The notes under the pieces are model-generated. The model worked only from the letters and a program-made list of their open reading frames with translations, was not told the DNA's origin and did no database searches. A stretch of DNA of 64,000 nucleotides from a virus. Lineage: Duplodnaviria > Caudoviricetes. The DNA is taken from IMG/VR virus record IMGVR_UViG_3300025867_000005. One strand, 5' to 3'. A program made the position numbers and the translations under genes. Shown piece by piece: positions 50,459 through 56,429 of this stretch. The stretch's first letter is position 1, and each line of letters starts with the position of its first letter.

Positions 50459-51462
50459 GGGAATATGGAATAACGGCTAGTTCACCTCACTTAACCATTT
50501 CAATAGTTAAATATTCTGCCATTTTGTTTGATAATTATAATCCGTGTAGAGGAGACGTATGATACCACTTTACACCGAAGAAGAATTTAACAAGGCTAAA
50601 TCAAGAGATTTACTTCCCAACCAATGTAAAAATTGCGGGAAGATTTTCTTTAGAGAAAAACACAATATAATGTTTTACATTAATAATGGAGGTGGAGATT
50701 TTTGTTCAATTTCTTGTTCTTTTAAATTCAATAACCCACTGATTGAAGTTGTTTGTCATACATGTGGAAAATCATTTAAGAAGAAAAAACTTGATGCAGA
50801 TAAAGAAGAACGGCATTTTTGTAGTAGAAGTTGTGCTAATAAATATTCTTCAAATATCAATAAAGAACAAAAGACTTTAAACCAAAAGAAATGGGCAAAT
50901 TCAGAAGAAGGAAAAAATTTTTTAACTAAAACAAGCAAATTGGCATGTATTAAAAGTATAGAAATTAGAAAACTTAAATGGAAAATGAATAAATGTCCGG
51001 TTTGTGGTAAAGAGTTTAGGGTAATGTTTAAACATAAGAAATACTGTTCGGCAACTTGTTATAATAAAATATCTGGTGGTATAAAAAGGGGGTCTAGTAG
51101 AGGTAAGCATGGTTGGTATAAGGGATACTGGTGTGATTCTTCTTGGGAACTTGCTTGGGTGATTTACAACCTTGATCATGGGATTAAGTTTGAAAGGAAT
51201 CATCAAGGTTTTGAATACGAATTTGAAGGAAAGAAACATAAATACTATCCAGATTTCATTTTAGAAGATGGAACTTACGTTGAAATTAAATCTGTTATGG
51301 ATGAAAAGAACAAAGCTAAAATTGCTTCGTTCCCAACTTCAATTAAAGTTTTACAGCATAAAGAGATTAAAATATTCATAGACCATGCGATTAAAATCTA
51401 TGGTAAAAATTTCATCTCATTATATGAGGAAGGTCTGGGTTCGAATCCCGGTATTCTCGCCA
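50459..51462 (+). pseudogene. tRNA (probably Asp) split in the anticodon loop by an endonuclease gene; halves at 50459-50491 and 51423-51462
   Basis: GGGAATA/TATTCTC-GCCA acceptor, GAAT/GTTC D stem, CCTCA/TGAGG anticodon stem, CTGGG-TTCGAAT-CCCGG T arm. Confidence 0.8.
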
Positions 51463-51476
51463 ACGCCTTGACATAG
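50559..51476 (+). CDS. Zn-finger plus TnsA-like PD-(D/E)XK putative homing endonuclease
   Basis: three CxxC..CS..C units; DSSWE..YYPDF..YVEIK. Confidence 0.82.
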   Translation: MIPLYTEEEFNKAKSRDLLPNQCKNCGKIFFREKHNIMFYINNGGGDFCSISCSFKFNNPLIEVVCHTCGKSFKKKKLDADKEERHFCSRSCANKYSSNINKEQKTLNQKKWANSEEGKNFLTKTSKLACIKSIEIRKLKWKMNKCPVCGKEFRVMFKHKKYCSATCYNKISGGIKRGSSRGKHGWYKGYWCDSSWELAWVIYNLDHGIKFERNHQGFEYEFEGKKHKYYPDFILEDGTYVEIKSVMDEKNKAKIASFPTSIKVLQHKEIKIFIDHAIKIYGKNFISLYEEGLGSNPGILANALT

Positions 51477-51540
51477 CTTAAGCGTAAAGCCCCGACATTG
51501 TAGTCGGGAGATGAAGCCTAACGAACTTCTGACTCGGCCA
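51465..51540 (+). pseudogene. degenerate tRNA (Thr-TGT-like)
   Basis: TAGCTT/AAGC D arm, CCCGAC-ATTGTA-GTCGGG; poor acceptor stem and T loop. Confidence 0.4.
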
Positions 51541-51684
51541 ATTTGTCCCATGTCCTGAACAAAGGGATAACAGGACTTAATTACGTTTCTGCTGGCAGAG
51601 CCGATAAAGATCCACCCCGGAAGTGCAGAAAGTAAGGGACAAACTTTTTGATATCAGATTCTATTAATGTAACAAGGGTTTTAT

Positions 51685-52173
51685 ATGTCTAGGAAAAGAA
51701 CATGGACTGATGAAGATTTTACTAAGGCGGCTTCTGTTTCTACTTCTGTTCGAGATCTTCTAAAAAAGATAGGATTACATCCAACTGGAGCAAACTATAA
51801 AACGGTTTGGGCAACTGTCAGGCGTTTAGGAATAAATACCAAACATTGGGTCGGGAGTGGCCATCTTAAAGGTAAAACACATAATTGGTCTAAGTGTCTA
51901 CCTTTCGAAGAGATTTTGATAAAAGATTCGCATTATAGAGGTAGTACTTCTCGGTTAAAATCTAGACTAATAAAAAACGGAAAGCTTTTAAATAAGTGTT
52001 ATGAATGTGGACAAGAACCTTTATGGAAAGGAAAGATTTTAGTTCACGTTCTTGACCATATTAATGGCGACAATACAGATAATAGAATCGAAAACCTTAG
52101 ATTGTTGTGTCCGAATTGTAATAGTCAAACAGAAACTTTTGCTGGGAAGAATAGAAAGTTTGTTCATTGTTAA
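51685..52173 (+). CDS. HNH homing endonuclease
   Basis: CYECG..LDHINGDNTDNRIENLRLLCPNCNSQT. Confidence 0.9.
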   Translation: MSRKRTWTDEDFTKAASVSTSVRDLLKKIGLHPTGANYKTVWATVRRLGINTKHWVGSGHLKGKTHNWSKCLPFEEILIKDSHYRGSTSRLKSRLIKNGKLLNKCYECGQEPLWKGKILVHVLDHINGDNTDNRIENLRLLCPNCNSQTETFAGKNRKFVHC

Positions 52174-52175
52174 TA

Positions 52176-52265
52176 CGTGCCGTATCCCAACTGGCTGGAG
52201 GAGCGGGACTCAAAATCCCGTGGACGGAAGTCCCACTGTGGGTTCGAATCCCACCGGCACGACCA
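52176..52265 (+). tRNA. trnL: tRNA-Leu(CAA)
   Basis: CGGGA-CTCAAAA-TCCCG; long V arm; ACCA. Confidence 0.9.
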
Positions 52266-52272
52266 TTTTAAA

Positions 52273-52308
52273 CAGGGTGTAGCTCAATCTGGCTAGAGCG
52301 CGTGATTT
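52273..52308 (+). pseudogene. orphan 5' half of a tRNA-Pro-like gene
   Basis: CAGGGTG-TA-GCTC-AATCTGGCTA-GAGC-G-CGTGA-TT then unrelated sequence. Confidence 0.65.
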
Positions 52309-52341
52309 TTATCATTCCTAAATCTTAAGGGCAGTATTTAT

Positions 52342-52427
52342 CTGTGTGTAGTCCGTAATTTGGTAGCGGGTCGGCTTTGGGAGCCGGAGCGAAAGTCTTG
52401 TAGGTTCAAATCCTATCACACAGACCA
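52342..52427 (+). tRNA. trnP: tRNA-Pro(TGG) with extended variable arm
   Basis: TCGGC-TTTGGGA-GCCGG; 12-nt V region; ACCA. Confidence 0.83.
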
Positions 52428-52496
52428 CTGTCGGCTATGGATAAGCTTCCTTCTATACTTTTATGGAAAAACCAGCTTTCCGCTTTCCGACACTTT

Positions 52497-52573
52497 CGAG
52501 GTATATTTCAATTGGTTAGAAGAACGGTCTCATAATCCGTTAGTTGAAGGTTCGACTCCTTCTACCTCGACCA
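52497..52573 (+). tRNA. tRNA-Met/Ile2(CAT)
   Basis: ACGGT-CTCATAA-TCCGT; ACCA. Confidence 0.85.
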
Positions 52574-52639
52574 ATTTTCACTTCAACTTAGTAACGCCAA
52601 AAGAAGAAATGTACGGCTTCTTGAGAAGAAGTGAATTAT

Positions 52640-52716
52640 GCTCCTGTGGCGCAATTGGCAGTCGCGTCTGGCTAAGGACCAGATTGTTGGGGATTCGAAT
52701 TCCTCCAGGAGCACCA
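52640..52716 (+). tRNA. trnL: tRNA-Leu(AAG) with short variable loop
   Basis: TCTGG-CTAAGGA-CCAGA; 5-nt V loop; ACCA. Confidence 0.83.
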
Positions 52717-52841
52717 TTTTTATTACAGGTAGTGAGAAATAGGAATCTCCATAAACCAATGAATAATTTTTCAAGACCTGTTGACGGAAGTAATCCGTTG
52801 TGGTATTTTATCTTTATCGAAAGCAAGAAAGGGATAAAACC

Positions 52842-53243
52842 ATGACAGTTAAACAGCTAGTTAGTCGTTTCAAAAAGATCAAGAAACTTGATTTGTCGAA
52901 GATTGCTTTTGAACAGCACACAAAGAGTGAGCTCGATGTATGTTTCGTTATTGACGGAAGCATTAAACGTCTGAGGATTTTCTATGTTGGTGAATATCAG
53001 TTTGATTGGTGGAAACCACAATTCGAAGAATTTGTGAAGACGGGTAAATTTGATTTTTCAACGTATCACGAAATCTATGGAAATGGGACTCACCCATCAG
53101 ATGTCGGTGTCGCGATTCGGGTTCCGATGATTCTTGAAAACGGTGTTTATGTTGAAGATTCGAAGAAAACGTTGGAATTGGTTGGTGAATATCGCAGAAC
53201 GATTAACTATGAAGTCGGTATTCGTCGCATCGCAAAAAAGTAA
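52842..53243 (+). CDS. hypothetical protein
   Basis: own promoter at 52781. Confidence 0.6.
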   Translation: MTVKQLVSRFKKIKKLDLSKIAFEQHTKSELDVCFVIDGSIKRLRIFYVGEYQFDWWKPQFEEFVKTGKFDFSTYHEIYGNGTHPSDVGVAIRVPMILENGVYVEDSKKTLELVGEYRRTINYEVGIRRIAKK

Positions 53244-53275
53244 AGAGAAACCTTGTGATAGCGGTTTCTGGAAAC

Positions 53276-53308
53276 GTGGTCGTAGCCTAATTGGATAGGC
53301 AACAGCTT
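53276..53308 (+). pseudogene. orphan 5' half of a tRNA (Arg-like D loop)
   Basis: GTGGTCG-TA-GCCT-AATTGGAT-AGGC-A-ACAGC-TT then a boxA-like site. Confidence 0.55.
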
Positions 53309-53331
53309 GTTCTTTGAAAAGTTAATTTTAT

Positions 53332-53406
53332 GGGGGTATACTATAATGGCTATTACGCCACACCTGCACTGTGGCAATCTCGGTTCGATTCCGAGTACCT
53401 CCACCA
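53332..53406 (+). tRNA. trnA: tRNA-Ala(TGC)
   Basis: G3:U70 pair; CCACA-CCTGCAC-TGTGG (C33); ACCA. Confidence 0.83.
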
Positions 53407-53434
53407 GTTTGGTTAACCCGTAAGGGTTTGTGAA

Positions 53435-53466
53435 GTTGCGCCATTTACGGGCGCATGAATTGAAAC
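53435..53466 (+). CRISPR. solitary type I-C-like repeat unit 4
   Basis: GTTGCGCCATTTACGGGCGCATGAATTGAAAC (32 nt). Confidence 0.75.
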
Positions 53467-53508
53467 ACGCGGCTCCATTCCTCTGTTACACTACGCGTAT
53501 ACACTAAT

Positions 53509-53584
53509 GTCCCTGTAGCTCAATTGGAAGAGCGTTACACTACGAATGTAAAGGTTGCAGTTTCGAATACTGTCAGGGATGCCA
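53509..53584 (+). tRNA. trnR: tRNA-Arg(ACG)
   Basis: TTACA-CTACGAA-TGTAA; GCCA. Confidence 0.88.
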
Positions 53585-53589
53585 AAAAG

Positions 53590-53678
53590 GGAAGACGAAT
53601 CAGTAAGGTTGCTGACACTGTTTGCTAAACAGATGGCTCCCTAAAAAGAGTGAGAATCGTGTTCTCCGTCTTCCGCCA
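53590..53678 (+). tRNA. trnS: tRNA-Ser(GCT)
   Basis: CTGT-TTGCTAA-ACAG; long V arm; GCCA. Confidence 0.8.
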
Positions 53679-53681
53679 TTT

Positions 53682-53791
53682 TCTGTGTGTTAGCGCGTCA
53701 AGTTGAGGGCGTGTCGCGGTTCAATTGTAAAAACTTGCGGTTTCCGGACTTTACTCCCGGACGAATGGAAGTTGCGTTCCAGACACACAGG
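53682..53791 (+). ncRNA. enlarged five-arm cloverleaf RNA
   Basis: CTGTGTGT/ACACACAG closing four hairpins. Confidence 0.45.
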
Positions 53792-53905
53792 ATGTTTTAG
53801 AGGTTTGTTGGTCGAAAAACCATCCCCTGTGTTTATGTAAAGGCTGGGCATCTTTATTCCTTAAACCAGCGTGTCCCCTTGGGGAGCGCATAAAAGGAGA
53901 AAAGT

Positions 53906-54340
53906 ATGAACAATATGTTGCCGAATCTGTTTACAGACAGGGTGTTTAACGAGATGATGGAAGCTTTGGAAAGAAGCCCAAGCATTTATCATCAGGATAG
54001 TTCGGGGTATCCCGTGGATATCGCCGAAAGAACTTCAGAAGAAGGAGTCGTCTTGTCATATGAGATTATCGTCGCCCTTGCCGGGATCAGGAAAGAAAAT
54101 CTTGATGTCAGCATTGACGGTGATGAACTTACAATAATTGTCAGGAAGGCTTCTGAAACTGAAAGCAAGACAAGGAAAATCATTCAGAAGGGAATCAGCA
54201 GCCGTGCTATGGAATTGCGTTACAAGCTGAACGGAATAGACAAAGCAGGGATTAAGTCGTGCTTTAAAGACGGCTTGCTGAAAATCGAGCTTCCTCTTCA
54301 GGAAGAAGCGAAAGCTCAGAAAATCACAATCGAAGACTAA
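53906..54340 (+). CDS. small heat-shock protein (Hsp20/alpha-crystallin)
   Basis: YPVDI, ALAG..KENLDV, FKDGLLKIELP..KITIE. Confidence 0.88.
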   Translation: MNNMLPNLFTDRVFNEMMEALERSPSIYHQDSSGYPVDIAERTSEEGVVLSYEIIVALAGIRKENLDVSIDGDELTIIVRKASETESKTRKIIQKGISSRAMELRYKLNGIDKAGIKSCFKDGLLKIELPLQEEAKAQKITIED

Positions 54341-54400
54341 AAACCCGGAATGAAGATGTGCCGTTAAGGTCTTTGCTTTTTAGACACAAGGGATGGTTTT

Positions 54401-54477
54401 GGCGGTGTGTCGCAATTGGCAGTCGAGGAACACTCAGAATGTTCTTGTTGTGGGTTCAAATCCCGCCACCGTCACCA
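54401..54477 (+). tRNA. trnL: tRNA-Leu(CAG) with short variable loop
   Basis: GAACA-CTCAGAA-TGTTC; 5-nt V loop; ACCA. Confidence 0.85.
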
Positions 54478-54500
54478 CTTTTAAAACGGAAAGGAAAAAT

Positions 54501-54806
54501 ATGAAGAAACTAATTATTCTTTTGGTTCTGTTGTTAGGTCAGATGTCTGTTAGGGCTGATACGAACAGTACGGAAACCATTAACAATTACGGCATTATCG
54601 CGACGAACCTGATAGATTTTTCGTATCTGTCTGTTACGAATGCATCTTTCAGTGGTGTTTATTATGATAGCCGAACGACTTTTACGAATGTGGAATTCGT
54701 TGCCATAGATAATCGTTTCATGCTGAACCTGAATAGCAATCAGATGGAAATTGTCAAGGAAAGATTCCCTGGAAAAGTCTTTACGAATTCCATAACCATC
54801 TATTGA
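54501..54806 (+). CDS. secreted hypothetical protein
   Basis: signal peptide MKKLIILLVLLLGQMSVRA. Confidence 0.6.
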   Translation: MKKLIILLVLLLGQMSVRADTNSTETINNYGIIATNLIDFSYLSVTNASFSGVYYDSRTTFTNVEFVAIDNRFMLNLNSNQMEIVKERFPGKVFTNSITIY

Positions 54807-54855
54807 ATGTGTGCCTCGACGGCTTCAAATCGTATTCAGAGAAATGATTTCAAAT

Positions 54856-54930
54856 GTTGGTATTAGCACAACGGTAGTGTGTCTGACTGTGAATCAGAAG
54901 AAGAGGGATCAGCACCCTCATGCCAACCCA
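54856..54930 (+). tRNA. trnH: tRNA-His(GTG)
   Basis: G-1:C73; TCTGA-CTGTGAA-TCAGA; CCA. Confidence 0.87.
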
Positions 54931-55072
54931 ACAAATACGTCACAACACCTGTTAGACGTTAAAAAACAGAGTAAGCAAATAAACAGAAGACCTGTGCGCC
55001 TTAGGCTTAACGAATTCCGACGTTTTCTTCGTCGAAAATTCTGAACCATTCAAGAAATGAGGTTATAAATTC

Positions 55073-55669
55073 ATGGTTAAGTTCATTGATGATAATGGAA
55101 AGGAATTCTTTTCCTGTTCTAGCGCAGAAGCCAGATTCGCGATTCAGTCGGTTAAAGAAAAGAGGGAAAAGATAGACCCTGCCGAAAGGGAATCGCAAAG
55201 AATAATTAGAGAAAGGGAATTCATTCTTTCCAAATATGCAGAAACCCCGGTAGAGAAAATTTCTTGTGAAAAGCCGTATATGGATGTAAACTTCTTTATT
55301 GACTGTAAGGTAGAGATCGAAAGTTTAGACAAGATAGTGACACAAATATTTATGCACCCATTTCAATATGCCAATCTTCTGAAGCGGGAAAGAGATATTT
55401 TAGAACTAGAGCGCCAAATAGATTTCACAAGAACAGGGATGGTGGCGAAACTTTGGAATTCGGAAATATATATTTCCCCAAAAATTCAAGAAGATGAACT
55501 TTACCTGGTTTCACTAGAGCCGGAAGAAGAATTCTTCGGAAAGAGATTCAAGATTGACAGGACAGAAGAAGTTGAAACCATTTCTTCGATTGAAGACTAT
55601 CTTGGAAAGGTAATCGAAGAATTAGAAGACAAGAGAAATGAAATCATGGCTTCTAAGTTAAATCGCTAA
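55073..55669 (+). CDS. hypothetical protein with a possible major-capsid-protein-like segment
   Basis: IFMHP..YA.L.K..RDIL..E.Q....TG..AKLW.SEI.IS.KI....LY...EPE.FG. Confidence 0.45.
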   Translation: MVKFIDDNGKEFFSCSSAEARFAIQSVKEKREKIDPAERESQRIIREREFILSKYAETPVEKISCEKPYMDVNFFIDCKVEIESLDKIVTQIFMHPFQYANLLKRERDILELERQIDFTRTGMVAKLWNSEIYISPKIQEDELYLVSLEPEEEFFGKRFKIDRTEEVETISSIEDYLGKVIEELEDKRNEIMASKLNR

Positions 55670-55680
55670 ATCTTTACAAG

Positions 55681-55714
55681 AGCGGGGATTCCTTACAGGG
55701 GTCTCCGCTTTTTT
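55681..55714 (+). terminator. rho-independent terminator
   Basis: AGCGGGGATTCC..GGGGTCTCCGCT followed by a T run. Confidence 0.75.
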
Positions 55715-56429
55715 CTTTTCCACCCTGTTGACAATCTGGGATGATTATGGTAAAGTGTCTGTATTGAAAGGAAGAAAAGGATGAACTTCAAATACAGAGT
55801 TGTTAAGGTCGGTGGCTTTCAGATCGGTTCTTATAAGACGAAGAAGGACGCAAAGAAAGCTATCCGTGGTTCAGAATACGGATTTTACCAGATCATCAAC
55901 AAGCTTTCGGGTCTTGCGGTTTGGGAAGGTTGGAACTGAAAAGAAAGGGAACCATTATGTACGAAGATTATTCTGAAGCTGAAAGTCACGGTGGGACGAT
56001 GCACGGTGGCCTTTTTATTTCGGCAGACGAAATCCAGTGGATGGAAGAACTTGACAAACAGGAAATGGAAGATGATTTGAAACAGTGGGCTATCGATAGC
56101 GCTAGGCGTGACATGCTTGCGCCGACTGTGTATGCATTGAACGGAAAGAAAATCTTCCGGAACATCTATACCGGAGACCTGTGTTTCGAGGATGGTTCGG
56201 AAGTAAATTAAAAAGAAAGTATGTAAGAAATGTTTAAGTTTGTTCGTGGATTCATCGCGTTTGTTTTTGTCATGATTATTCTGACGTTCCTTGCATATGG
56301 CATCATCTTCTTCGGGGCGATCAGAATTATGTCTCCCGTAGTCAAGGATGCACAGCAGAACGGCCTTAAGGCGGTTGTCGATAAGGTTTGGTACGGAGAG
56401 GCTGGGAATACCAACCGGTAATTTTGATG

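Noticed and set aside
50492-51422. Group I intron in the split tRNA
   Set aside because: Only ~65 nt of non-coding sequence; no recognisable P3-P7 core or terminal G at the 3' junction.
43989-53466. Conventional CRISPR array
   Set aside because: Units are non-identical, 0.1-4.6 kb apart, separated by tRNAs, and no cas genes are present; kept as solitary repeats instead.
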